Positions 36,994 to 47,370 of a stretch of DNA of 64,000 nucleotides are shown here, piece after piece. Positions within the stretch are counted from its first letter, which is position 1; each line of letters begins with the position of its first letter. A program made the translations under genes and the position numbers. The stretch covers positions 41,430 through 105,429 of the IMG/VR virus record IMGVR_UViG_3300014257_000015; one strand, given 5' to 3'. Below the pieces are notes generated by a model. The model had not been told where the DNA came from. It made no database searches and was given only the letters and a program-made list of their open reading frames with translations. Origin of the DNA: a virus.

Positions 36994-37607
36994 CAAAATT
37001 GGAATTCAAAGATGCCGGCCGAGGGCTAAAAAGGGCTGAATTCAGAGATGCCAACGGGGAATTGTGTTCAATACAGATGTCTTCATCCGCAGGCGCCCCG
37101 CACATTTGGCTTGGGTGTAACGAAGGCACGCACCTCAGAGGCGAGTGCATGGCCCGTATGCATCTCAACCAGGAACAAGTCAAATCACTTCTCCCAGCAA
37201 TGGAGAATTTTGTTGCTTCTGGTGTTTTGCAACCGAATGATCAGAAGGCGTTGCTGTCCAATGCTATTTTTGTTCTTCAGCAGATTCACGAAGATTGGAA
37301 CAAGTCATTTGATTGCAAAATAGGCGCTGATGTGATCATAAAAGCAGCGGATGTGATTGAAGAGATATTGGATTTGGGGACGCCTTTGCCGTCAATTGTT
37401 CCGTCGAATGATGGAATACAATTCGAGTGGCACTGCTGTCAAGTGGACTTTGAGATCACAATCTCTTCGACACTTACCATTTCGGCAAGCTACGAAGATC
37501 TCACGACAGGGGAAGAGTGGGATGGGTGCGGGATACTGAGTTGTGTATCGCTGCGACCTTTCATCAGCGTCATCACAAAAAGACACAAGGCGAAAGGAGA
37601 GGGGTGA
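36990..37607 (+). CDS. Hypothetical protein
   Basis: Coupled ORF; F.D.NG..CSIQ.SS.A...IWLG. Confidence 0.6.
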   Translation: MTKLEFKDAGRGLKRAEFRDANGELCSIQMSSSAGAPHIWLGCNEGTHLRGECMARMHLNQEQVKSLLPAMENFVASGVLQPNDQKALLSNAIFVLQQIHEDWNKSFDCKIGADVIIKAADVIEEILDLGTPLPSIVPSNDGIQFEWHCCQVDFEITISSTLTISASYEDLTTGEEWDGCGILSCVSLRPFISVITKRHKAKGEG

Positions 37608-38581
37608 TGGAAATAGTGTCGTTGTTCAGCGGGGGTGGCGGGTTGGATCTAGGTTTTGAACAGGCCGGATTCAAGACGTTGAAATGCGTGGATAACGACC
37701 CCGAGGCTTGTAAAACGCTTCGATTGAATAGGCCGAATTGGGATGTTTTCGAGGGAAGCGTTGAAGCTTGGTTGGATTCCGATGACATTCGCAAATACAT
37801 TGGCGTTGACGGCGTAATCGGCGGGCCGCCGTGCCAGGGATTCAGCGTGGCGGGGAAGAGCGACCCGAACGACGCGCGCAACAAGTTGTGGAAACAGTAT
37901 TTTCGTGTTGTGAATTTACTTCTGCCAACGTTCATCGTGGTCGAGAATGTTCCAGGGATGGCAAGCAAAAGAAACGTGCACCAACTCGAAGAAATGGTTG
38001 AAGCATTCCAGTCCATCGGGTATTGTCTTGAATACGGAATATTGGATGCCGCTGATTTTGGCGTTCCACAACGAAGAAAACGCATAATCATGTTGGGTTG
38101 CCGAGGGGCGCGACTTTCGTTGCCGCTGCCTATGTCGTCTCAATTGGTTACCGTGGAAGAGGCCATAGGGGATATCGCTGGCTTGTATGATTTGCCCAAT
38201 CATTGTCCACCTAAGCACGCTGACAGAGTGGTCGAGAGGTGGAGGAAACTGAAACCAGGTGAATTGGATTATGAATACCGGCGCCAACGCTTGGACAAGG
38301 ATGATGTCAGCCCGACAATCCGAGCGGGCGGGAGTCTCGGCCCGAGCGGAAAGCACCTAGCTGGGTTCCATCCACCAATCCACTATTCGCTACCTCGGCA
38401 ATTGACGGTTCGAGAGGCAGCCAGGATACAAGGATTTCCAGATGATTGGGTTTTCGGAGGCTCGAAGACCGCCGCCGGCCGCCAGGTAGGAAATGCCGTT
38501 CCGCCACCATTAGCCAAAGCAATCGCTGAGTCAATATCCAACAAATTGCAATTTCGGAGAAACAACGATGATCATCGTTAA
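37607..38581 (+). CDS. C5 cytosine DNA methyltransferase
   Basis: SLFSGGGG, GGPPCQGFS, ENV, Q.RKR, R.LTVREAARIQGFP, GNAVP. Confidence 0.95.
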   Translation: MEIVSLFSGGGGLDLGFEQAGFKTLKCVDNDPEACKTLRLNRPNWDVFEGSVEAWLDSDDIRKYIGVDGVIGGPPCQGFSVAGKSDPNDARNKLWKQYFRVVNLLLPTFIVVENVPGMASKRNVHQLEEMVEAFQSIGYCLEYGILDAADFGVPQRRKRIIMLGCRGARLSLPLPMSSQLVTVEEAIGDIAGLYDLPNHCPPKHADRVVERWRKLKPGELDYEYRRQRLDKDDVSPTIRAGGSLGPSGKHLAGFHPPIHYSLPRQLTVREAARIQGFPDDWVFGGSKTAAGRQVGNAVPPPLAKAIAESISNKLQFRRNNDDHR

Positions 38582-38815
38582 GCGACAAGGATTTATGCTT
38601 TGGACGCAAGGCATATTGATGGACCGAGACCGCGAAGGGAACGTGGTCATTGGGGATGACACGAAGAATGAAGAGGCAGAAAAGGCTCTCGAACGAGGCG
38701 AAGAGATTGGGCTAACTATCAATGGCCGATTGGTATCAACGATGAAGCTCGAAGACGGCGCGTTTGTGGAGAAATTGTACAGCGCCCCGAAGGTGAAGAC
38801 GAAGAAAGGGAAGAA

Positions 38816-39376
38816 ATGACTACAACCAAAAAACACATATGGGAACCAATAGAACACGAATTCAGACGTACTGTTTCCATATGCAAAAGATGCGGAATTC
38901 GGCGCCAGACAATATCGTATGGTGGACGGTGGCCGAATGTTAGTTGGAAAACCACATACATCGTGAATGGCAGAGAAAGTCGCACAGCAGGGCGCTGCAT
39001 GGCTTTCATGGATTTTCACAAATGGAAACATCGAGAAGGCGAACCTTGGATGCATTGCGTGGTGTGTAAGGCGCAGATGATGACAACATTGGTGGCCGCT
39101 GGAAAGGAATCCAAGTCAACACTCTATTTTCGAAAGTCACCTGACGACAAGTGGTCCAAAGGGTATTTGGGCTGTGAATCAGAACGAGTCTCAGCGTTGA
39201 AAAAGATGGCACCGGGGACAACGGTTGAAGTCAGAATGGACGACGACACCACAATCAAAACAACGACCAAATCCGAGCCATGGGAAGCCTACGCAGGGCA
39301 GTGGTTGGTTCTGCTCGAAGGGTTCTCAGCCGGGTATGATCTATCAAGGGTGACACCTGTAGTTGATCAAGGGTGA
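38816..39376 (+). CDS. Hypothetical protein
   Basis: Coupled ORF with H/C motifs. Confidence 0.5.
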   Translation: MTTTKKHIWEPIEHEFRRTVSICKRCGIRRQTISYGGRWPNVSWKTTYIVNGRESRTAGRCMAFMDFHKWKHREGEPWMHCVVCKAQMMTTLVAAGKESKSTLYFRKSPDDKWSKGYLGCESERVSALKKMAPGTTVEVRMDDDTTIKTTTKSEPWEAYAGQWLVLLEGFSAGYDLSRVTPVVDQG

Positions 39377-39641
39377 GGTGATCAAGATGAGATTGGTGAA
39401 ACGAGGGAAGAAGCATTGAAACTTCAAGTGATGATGGTTGACAAGATTGGCACCGATATTGCTCTGTTCCACCAGAACGAATGCGTTCCATTTCGTCGAA
39501 GGCAAATCACCATAGAACTCACTCCAGAACAAATTGATGAATTGAAACCTAGGCACACAGGAAATATCAACGGGGATGATTATTTCGAGGAAATAGGGAA
39601 CGTGTGGATCGAGGACTGATAAACGAGTTGAAAGAGAGGGA

Positions 39642-40490
39642 GTGGTGATCAAATTCATAGGGATCGATTCGTCCACAGACACCAAGTCTGGATTCCAAAT
39701 AGGGCACGCTCTGATGTGGGTAGGCGACGGTTCCAAGCCAGGCGTGTTGTTTAGGTGCAAAACCGAAAGAGCGGTGTCAGAAAAAGATGCCGATGAAATG
39801 GTGTCTTCGGGAAAATTCAAAGCATTCTCGGACTTGCTCGAATTGGACGAAAACAAGATCCAAAACATCCCGAGACGAGAGTTGTATCTAGCGCAGATTA
39901 CCAGAGAGTCATTGGAGGCGTACGGCGAAGATTTCCTGTTACGTAGTGCGCTGAAAGAGATGGAACTGGAAGTGACAGCAATTCACAGTTGGTTGGATAC
40001 GTTCGGTTGGAAAACAATACTGTTGCGTGGTGTGAAAAAAGGTTCTGTCGACATCCAACCCTATGACCGAACGCCAAAGGACATGAAGATGAGATTGGTG
40101 AAACAGAAAAAGGTTGGGCAATGTGGTCCGGCGTGCCTCGCTATGGTTACGGGGATGACGTTGGAAGAGGTGATGGAAGAGGTTGGGGATGTTTCCTACG
40201 GTCTCAACGACGCACAAATGGTGGATTTCTTGATGAAGCATAACATTCCAGCCATTTCCTCTACCATATGGCCTTCGGCGGCCATTCCAGCCATCCTCAC
40301 AGTACCATCGTTGAACCATATTGGCTTGCTCCATTACGTTGTTTGGGACGGGGAGCGGTTTCTAGATCCTACGATGGGCCAAAAAGAGTACCCGGGCGAT
40401 GCTCATGTATTGGAGAATGGTCGGGAAATCATCGCTTGGGCAACGGCCATCCTGATTTGGCCCTATCCTGTAGTTGATTTCCCGAAATGA
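39642..40490 (+). CDS. Hypothetical protein with C-terminal C39-like cysteine peptidase domain
   Basis: Q....QCGPACLAMV ... HYVVWDG ... DP. Confidence 0.65.
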   Translation: MVIKFIGIDSSTDTKSGFQIGHALMWVGDGSKPGVLFRCKTERAVSEKDADEMVSSGKFKAFSDLLELDENKIQNIPRRELYLAQITRESLEAYGEDFLLRSALKEMELEVTAIHSWLDTFGWKTILLRGVKKGSVDIQPYDRTPKDMKMRLVKQKKVGQCGPACLAMVTGMTLEEVMEEVGDVSYGLNDAQMVDFLMKHNIPAISSTIWPSAAIPAILTVPSLNHIGLLHYVVWDGERFLDPTMGQKEYPGDAHVLENGREIIAWATAILIWPYPVVDFPK

Positions 40491-40499
40491 AAGGGTGTT

Positions 40500-40817
40500 T
40501 TGATGTCCGGTCACATGGAGACAATTGAAGGCTTTCCGATATTCATTCCAAATGATGTCGAGGAGGGAGATGGCTTTTATGTCAGTTACAACTCCCGTGA
40601 CGTTGCTGAATATGGCAGCGATACGACGGCGCTGGTGGTCGGACAGATGGAACACTTTTACATCTTGAACGGGGACCACAGAAAAGCATACGCAAAGCTC
40701 ATCCCAGAAGGGTTCGAGGCTTGTAAACGGTATTTTGATGAAAACGTGGCTTTGAAGAACAAATACAGCGAATGTGGCACCCATATTTGGGGGAAAGTAG
40801 ACCAAAAGAAGCGATGA
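40500..40817 (+). CDS. Hypothetical protein
   Basis: FYVSYN..D...YG.DTTALV motif. Confidence 0.6.
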   Translation: MMSGHMETIEGFPIFIPNDVEEGDGFYVSYNSRDVAEYGSDTTALVVGQMEHFYILNGDHRKAYAKLIPEGFEACKRYFDENVALKNKYSECGTHIWGKVDQKKR

Positions 40818-42825
40818 CTTTCACAAAAGAGGTCGTGATTTGGTGCGATAATTGCTGTCATTGGGAAAGAGTAAACACCAAAAATGTGCGAAAAGCCAGA
40901 AAGGTGCTGAAAAATAGCGGTTGGAGTAAGGATTCGCACGGCCACGATTATTGTCCAAATTGTACAGACAGAGAAGGGACAGCGCGATGAAGATGACGTT
41001 TATTGGATTGGAGGGCGGATGCCCCGATGATGTCCCTGTGGTGTTTGGAGCAGCGGCCGCAAAAATCGAAGACAGCGACCGCGTGACCAATTGCGTCACG
41101 TGGATGGAATTGTCGGAGAAGCGCTTTGATGAATTGGTGGAAGAGGGACACGCTACGCGAATCACTCCAGCAACCCTCGAAGTTCCAGAAACAGTCAAAT
41201 TGGAAAAACTCCAAGTTTTCATCGCTCGAAGATTGAAGAACGCGAAGAACTATGGGACAATCCGTTGGGAAACGCAGATGAGGTTAAACCCCACCATCAA
41301 CCGCCACATCCTCGGAGAATGGGTAGACGACCGAGGGGACAGGTTCATGGTTGTTGATTCGATTATTGCTGTTCCGCCTGACGAGAGCATGGTTAGGTAG
41401 GGGAGAAGATAAGGGAGTAGAGCGCCATCGATTCTTAGGTGGAAATATTGCGAAAGAAACGTGTGAAAGAAAGAGAGAACGAACGATGGAAGAGGTGAAG
41501 ATTGAATTCGGGGCGATCGCGAGAGAAATCCAACACGCAATCGACACCGGGGCGGCCTATGGGCTGGGGAAACAAATTGGAAAGGGAATCGTCGAAGAAG
41601 TGAAACCGAAGACACAGAAATTGCTCCTCAATGCTCCGAATGAAGAAGGTTGGCAAATCGACTACAGCCAATTGCAAGAGATCACAGAAAACTCCAATAG
41701 GAAGAATTGGGCGAAATTCGTATCATTGGAAGAGGTGGAAGACGTTGCGCTGGCGCTGATGGAAATGGGATTCATCGAAGGGGTTCAACTCTCGGAATCG
41801 AGCGGTGGCCCGTCTAAGCTCAAGCCAAAGAAATCCAAGAAGGGGAAGCACTCCAAACCATGACCACTAAGACAAGGTCAGAATTGGAGCGTGAGACGGG
41901 CATCCCATGCCTCGAATACGAAGAGGGCGAAGGATATGGAGGAGGGTTGAACTGCGAGTATTGCGACGCTAGCGTTGAAGGGGATTGCGACGAGTGTGTA
42001 TTGAACGGCGGAACGAAAGACCCCAGAACGTGGCAAGAATACACTCCAACCAATCCCGAGAACGCCAAATAACATAGCCGCATTACCACCCACGTAACCA
42101 CCCACATAATACACCAATTAGTACAACCTACCATTATTACAATCCACCTAGACACAACCTTATGGTATATCGGCCATATCCAATATCCATCCAATCGACA
42201 CCAATCCCAACCACCCCACACCGCGAAGAGACGAAACCACCTAACGTGTGAAAAGAAGCATAGATGATTGGAAGGACGCCATACCAATCGAAACCAATCA
42301 CCAATACCAAAACACCCACCCATCCCCGTTAAGACCATCCCGAGGCCTAAAGGATGACGTGTGAATAGAAGAGGAATTGAATGGGCTTCCGACCCCTCCA
42401 GACCTATAGGGGCAGAGGGAAGAAAGGAACGAGAGAAGGAGGGAGAAAGCCCCGTAAGGAGAAGAACGAATAACCCATATAATACAATACGAAGTAGAAC
42501 GACGATAGGAGTAGAACGTATACGTAGGAGTAGAGGAGAAGTAGGGACAGGAGAAAAGGGAATTGGAAGTTGAGGAAGAGAACGTGTGTTGTAGGGAGCG
42601 TGTGAGCGTTGTGGCGTCCCGCACACATGTGCCACACCACATCACCAATCGAAAAACCAATACAAGTAACGCGCCAACCACACATCCAGCCAATCGGCGT
42701 ATGCTCCAATCACCAATCCATAGTGCTCCAATGCTCCAATCGTTCGTACGGCGTATTGGGGCGTGTATTGGTTTACAACGAACGTTGTAACGTCGAAGTG
42801 ATGCGCCAGCGCATACGGCCGGATC

Positions 42826-42914
42826 GAATCTAGATCTAGATTCTTATTGCTGAGCCAACTCCAATTGGAGAGCCATCGTGACCGCTAGGCCACCGGCTCT
42901 ACTACGTAGTAGAG
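42826..42914. repeat. Cluster of perfect palindromes
   Basis: GAATCTAGATCTAGATTC 42826-42843, CTCCAATTGGAG 42859-42870, CTCTACTACGTAGTAGAG 42897-42914. Confidence 0.85.
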
Positions 42915-43193
42915 TACATCCCCGTACAAGTGGCTGATGGTTGGAGGGCTTGGTGATGGGAAAGGTTGTTGTGGTGAAGAGAATGGCGCATGTAGCATCC
43001 GCGTTTCTGCGTTGGTTGATAGCATTGGGGCGTCGATTGGCCGCTAGGCCTGTGGATGAGCGTTGGAACGTGTGTGGCCCCACCCCCACTGGCAGCGAAA
43101 CCGAGGGGTGTGGTGGTCGCACTGCCATGGCTGGCACGCCCACACCGCACAACAATTTCGCCAAAAACACCAATAACCAATCAGCCAATAGTG

Positions 43194-43265
43194 CAAGCGT
43201 TGGAACGTCAACCAATCCAAGCGTTGGAACGTCAACCAATCCAAGCGTTGGAGCACCAACCAACC
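43194..43265 (+). repeat. 24-bp tandem repeat, three copies
   Basis: CAAGCGTTGGAACGTCAACCAATC twice plus a degenerate third copy. Confidence 0.85.
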
Positions 43266-43513
43266 CTGCCACCGAAGAACCAACCAACCCCGCCACCTCC
43301 ACACCCCCGAACCCCATCACCCTCACATTCTCAGACCCCGAGGCCGCCACCGCTACCATCAGAGCCGCAATCACATCCATCGAAGCACTCACGAAATGGT
43401 TCAACGCCCATGACCCGAGACCGTTTACCAATGGACCGACATCCCCGCCATTTACACCATTCACACCCACACCAGAAATCGAGAAAAAGATTTGCGTGAA
43501 AGGAGAAAAACCA

Positions 43514-44299
43514 ATGAACAAGAAACCAATACCGAAACAGTGGTCCAGTAAAGTGGACAAGACGAAGGTCCATCCAGCCCTCGTCGAGGTGGTCACACTT
43601 GCTCTCGATGAACTCGCAGCCGAAGATGTGTACTTTAAGGTGTACAGCGGACTGCGAACATTTTCGGAGCAAGACGCCCTATATGCCCAGGGGCGTACGA
43701 CTTCGGGAAATGTTGTGACGAAGGCGAAGGGCGGGCAGTCGATGCACAATTATGGATTGGCGTTGGACCTGGCGCCGTATAAGCCCGGGAGTGATTCTGA
43801 GGTTTATTGGCCTGAGCCTGATAAGAAGAACCCGGCGGGGTGTCCTTGGTATCGATTGGAGGCGGCATTGGAGAAGGCTTCGAGATACCTGGACGAGAAG
43901 GCCCGGGGTGATGGGGTGGATGGTGATGGATTGGAGTTTGAGTGGGGTGGGCGTTGGAGATTCCGTGACGTTCCCCATTGTCAGGTCCGAACGACCATTG
44001 CTGAGCTCCAATCGGGCTACTATCCTCGGTGTGCGGACATGGATTGGAGTGTACGGGCACACCTCGATTGGCTGTGGGGTGGGGATTGGATGAGCCGTCG
44101 TGTCCAATGCCTGTTAGGCCGTCTCGGGTATTATCCCGGGGCTGTCGACGGGGACATTGGCCCACGCTCCAACGCCGCAATGGCGCAGTTCCGTGAGCGC
44201 GAGAAGTTGCCGCGCGAGGGCGAGTTGTTCACGAGGGTGGCGGTGGAGGAGTTGGTGCGCGCGGAGCACCAACTAGCTGATGGCGTTGGAGGGTTGTGA
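43514..44299 (+). CDS. Endolysin: M15 (L-Ala-D-Glu type) peptidase with C-terminal peptidoglycan-binding domain
   Basis: GLRT..EQ..LYAQGRT, SMHNYGLA.D, WGG.W...D.PH; Q..L..LGY.PG.VDG..GP; AAGGAG RBS before ATG 43514. Confidence 0.9.
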   Translation: MNKKPIPKQWSSKVDKTKVHPALVEVVTLALDELAAEDVYFKVYSGLRTFSEQDALYAQGRTTSGNVVTKAKGGQSMHNYGLALDLAPYKPGSDSEVYWPEPDKKNPAGCPWYRLEAALEKASRYLDEKARGDGVDGDGLEFEWGGRWRFRDVPHCQVRTTIAELQSGYYPRCADMDWSVRAHLDWLWGGDWMSRRVQCLLGRLGYYPGAVDGDIGPRSNAAMAQFREREKLPREGELFTRVAVEELVRAEHQLADGVGGL

Positions 44300-44817
44300 C
44301 GACGAGGTGGTTGTGCTGGAGCCGGAACAGAGGGCTGCGCTGATCGAGGCGGGCTTGATGGACGTGAGGCTCCAGCGCTCGGCCACCGGCGCCACAATCC
44401 ATCGCATCAACAACACACGCCAGGTGCTTCGGTCATACTCTGAGATGTTGCGTTCTTCGGCCGACAGCGAAGAGGCGCGCCTGAACCATCGGGAATTGCT
44501 CGCTGCCATCGCCCGCGCATGGGTGTTGGTCGATTCTTCGCGTAAGTGAGTCAGCGTCGCTTCGCGCCGCGCGAAAGAACGAGGCGGCGAGCGGGCTGGT
44601 GCGAATCAAAGCCAATCCCGCTGGTCGCCAGTTCGTGCCATGGTTGACCGCTCGCCAATTTCGAAGGGACAGGCGAAAGATGGTTGTTTTGATGCTCATC
44701 GGTGCCGTGTTGGTTGTTTTAGCGATCGTCGTCATCACCTCCTTGATCTGCACCCCGTTCGCGTACTATGGTTTTTGTCAAAACTACTTGACCAATTGAG
44801 TCACCAAGGAGAAAGCA

Positions 44818-44994
44818 ATGGCAAATACAGTCTATCACATATGTGCGGAGTGCGCTGACACCATTGACAATGAAACGGAAGTCGTGTGTGAGCAGTGTCA
44901 CTATGGATTCTGCGCTTCGTGCTGTGAGACCAACGGCATCTGCGGCGAATGCGTAGACCTCGAACAGCAACAGAACGAACAACAGAGCGATTGA
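44818..44994 (+). CDS. Small Cys-rich zinc-finger protein (58 aa)
   Basis: CAEC, CEQC, CASC, CGEC; AAGGAG RBS. Confidence 0.6.
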   Translation: MANTVYHICAECADTIDNETEVVCEQCHYGFCASCCETNGICGECVDLEQQQNEQQSD

Positions 44995-45041
44995 TCAATT
45001 CGAAGAGCTCATAAATTCAATACACAAAGGAGAAAAAGACC

Positions 45042-45332
45042 ATGGTTGATCTCGGAGACAAAGAGTCAGAGAGGATTGCGTTGAAATATGGGGTGAAATT
45101 CGGGTTGTTCTTCGCGGCAGCCATTGTCTCGAATGCCCCGGGCGTAGCGCCGAAGGATATGGTCATTGCTGAGTTGCTGTTGGAGCTATCGAACGACAAA
45201 GAGAAGATAGAGCCAATAATGGCCGTAGTGTTGGACGACTTGAAGAACGGGAAGTCAGACGGCAAGAAATTCATCCAGCTTGTGTTGGATATCCTGGGAA
45301 TTAAGCAAGCGCTTCCACCAGAATCCGAGTGA
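45042..45332 (+). CDS. Hypothetical protein
   Basis: AAGGAG RBS. Confidence 0.55.
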   Translation: MVDLGDKESERIALKYGVKFGLFFAAAIVSNAPGVAPKDMVIAELLLELSNDKEKIEPIMAVVLDDLKNGKSDGKKFIQLVLDILGIKQALPPESE

Positions 45333-45640
45333 TTCAACTGAAACATCCAATTGGAGATTTGACGTGGGAAACAAAAAGAAACAACACAAACCAAGCGGCC
45401 TTACAACGGGAAAGGTGGATTTCAAAATCGACCAAATCGAATGCACATTGTACTGTGAAGAAGGCGCGTTTTTCGTACACTTTTGCGATGAAGATAGTGG
45501 AAGCGCAGTTTCTTTCGAAAATTGTACGGAAGATATGCTGGATTTGTTGGAAGAATTCATAAAATTAGCAAAAATCATGTTTAACAAGAGGCGAGTGTGA
45601 ATTGTTCGGTAAAATATTTTGGTTGTTGGGTCGATTTTGC

Positions 45641-45669
45641 TTGACTTCCAATTCAATTGGAGTTACAAT
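45641..45669 (+). promoter_or_regulatory. Sigma70-type early promoter
   Basis: 45641-45701 is identical to 26028-26088 (61 bp, from -35 through ATG). Confidence 0.85.
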
Positions 45670-45697
45670 CTATTTATACGTTGAAGGAGAACCGGCC

Positions 45698-45916
45698 ATG
45701 AAAAACATCGACGTCAAAGAAGAAGACATCGGCAAAAAAGTCATTCTTCCTGCTGGAACGAGATATGTTTCAAGAATAACCGCAGAAGGCACGAGTTATT
45801 CTCACACCACAAGCGAAGTTGCTGCTTTGGTGGTGGCGCCTGCCGACGCTGATGTTGAAGGTGATCTCCCGACGTTCCAATTTGGTGGCGAATTCAGACT
45901 GGTGGATTTGGGATGA
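45698..45916 (+). CDS. Small hypothetical protein
   Basis: GGAGAACCGGCC-ATG. Confidence 0.6.
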   Translation: MKNIDVKEEDIGKKVILPAGTRYVSRITAEGTSYSHTTSEVAALVVAPADADVEGDLPTFQFGGEFRLVDLG

Positions 45917-46275
45917 AAGTCAGACACCATACAGAAAACGTCAAGGCTGATCCGTATGGATGCCCGTACGAGGGCTATTATGTAGGCGCCATTGACCCGT
46001 GTGGTGATTTGTATCTGATGTCTGGGCCGTACTACAGCCATGAAGACGCCGCGACACGATATTGGTCAACGCACAACCAGGTTTGCAACGCAGAGCCATC
46101 GGCGCAGGTGTGGGACTGGGGCGTGACAGAATGGTACGGCGTGGATGATGAACGAGTGGCATCTATCACAGAACAAAGAAGAAAAGAAGAGGGTGTTCAA
46201 AAAGCGATAGAGCAAATTCGTGAGAAAGTTAGGTGGTTTGTTCTTGAATCAAATGGAGTCACCGTTGTTCATTAA
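45913..46275 (+). CDS. Hypothetical protein
   Basis: ATGA coupling with the upstream gene. Confidence 0.55.
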   Translation: MKVRHHTENVKADPYGCPYEGYYVGAIDPCGDLYLMSGPYYSHEDAATRYWSTHNQVCNAEPSAQVWDWGVTEWYGVDDERVASITEQRRKEEGVQKAIEQIREKVRWFVLESNGVTVVH

Positions 46276-46302
46276 CACCTAAACACAGAAGGAGAACCGG
46301 CC

Positions 46303-46524
46303 ATGACAGTAGGCGAATTGAAAGCAATCCTAGAAGACCTCGAAGACGACGTTGAAGTTGTGATGCAGTACCAACCCAATTATCCGTTGAAGTCTGAAAT
46401 CGCGGGCGCCACTTTGAAATCAGAAGTGGAAGGTGAGAAACCGGAATTCGATGAGGTTGACGTGCTGTATCTCGTCGAAGGCGAGCAAATAGGGTACGGG
46501 AACAAAGCGGCTTGGAATTTCTAG
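46303..46524 (+). CDS. Small acidic hypothetical protein
   Basis: GGAGAACCGGCC-ATG; MTVGELK..LE.L..D. Confidence 0.65.
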   Translation: MTVGELKAILEDLEDDVEVVMQYQPNYPLKSEIAGATLKSEVEGEKPEFDEVDVLYLVEGEQIGYGNKAAWNF

Positions 46525-46767
46525 GCCGCTGTCAAACGTCGAAGGAGAACTAGTCATGAAACCATACGGCGTCAAAAGAAAAGACAGCTGGTGTTGCCCT
46601 GGGCACGACAAATTCCCTCGGGAAACCTACAGAAACAATCGAAGCAAAAGGGCGCAAACCCGTGACACCAAACTTGCGCACGGGATCGCCCGTTCTCGTG
46701 CTCGACTTGAGTTGAATCGACTTGTTTCTGAGGAAGCTTGAAACCAACGCAGAAAGGAGAACCGGCC

Positions 46768-47370
46768 GTGAACATACCGATTACAAACATAACGCACTTG
46801 GTGGATGTCGCGAAGACCTATTTGAAAGCACAAGGCGTCGAAGAGCCGAGTGAAGATCAACTCGCGGCTGCTATACATACGATCAGAACGCTCAACCCAA
46901 TGCAGTTGAAAGGCGACTACACGCGCCCCGGTCACCACATCATTCGCATCCCAGACGGAACGCTTGCAGAGCGGATTTCGGACAGCTCTAATGAGTTGGC
47001 AGTGATGGGTCTGGCGTCCCAGTACACCCTTGGAAAGATCATTAGGGTGACTGTGAAGAATTCAGTGGTCACCGTGCACTATGACCTCGGATGCATCATG
47101 CTTTTTCATTCGACGGTGATGGAGATAGATGTTCTTTGGGGTGCCACCCATTGTATCCCTGGTGACATCGTGGATATGGCGCGCAGCCACGGGAAGTTTC
47201 GAGGAATCCACCACCCTTTCACGCATGCCAACGTTGATGTGTATAGCTATCAGCACGGGCACATCGACATCAAAGACCCAGACGTTGTGCGACCGAATGT
47301 TCCAGCATATCGCGAGGTGGCGATTTTGTTGAATGACAAGATGACCGTCGAGAAACAGTTGGTCCAATGA
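46768..47370 (+). CDS. Hypothetical protein
   Basis: GGAGAACCGGCC-GTG. Confidence 0.6.
   Translation: MNIPITNITHLVDVAKTYLKAQGVEEPSEDQLAAAIHTIRTLNPMQLKGDYTRPGHHIIRIPDGTLAERISDSSNELAVMGLASQYTLGKIIRVTVKNSVVTVHYDLGCIMLFHSTVMEIDVLWGATHCIPGDIVDMARSHGKFRGIHHPFTHANVDVYSYQHGHIDIKDPDVVRPNVPAYREVAILLNDKMTVEKQLVQ

Noticed and set aside
41820-42833. Several ORFs on both strands across the low-complexity region
   Set aside because: Biased composition, no RBS and no recognisable motifs; treated as non-coding beyond 42072.
44599-44799. Possible holin near the endolysin
   Set aside because: Only one hydrophobic segment and an uncertain start; not enough support.
45602-45697. Shared peptide LTSNSIGVTIYLYVEGEPAM in ORFs 26028 and 45602, and GEPAM in several others
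   Set aside because: This is translation through the repeated promoter and RBS; the real starts are the ATGs after GGAGAACCGGCC.
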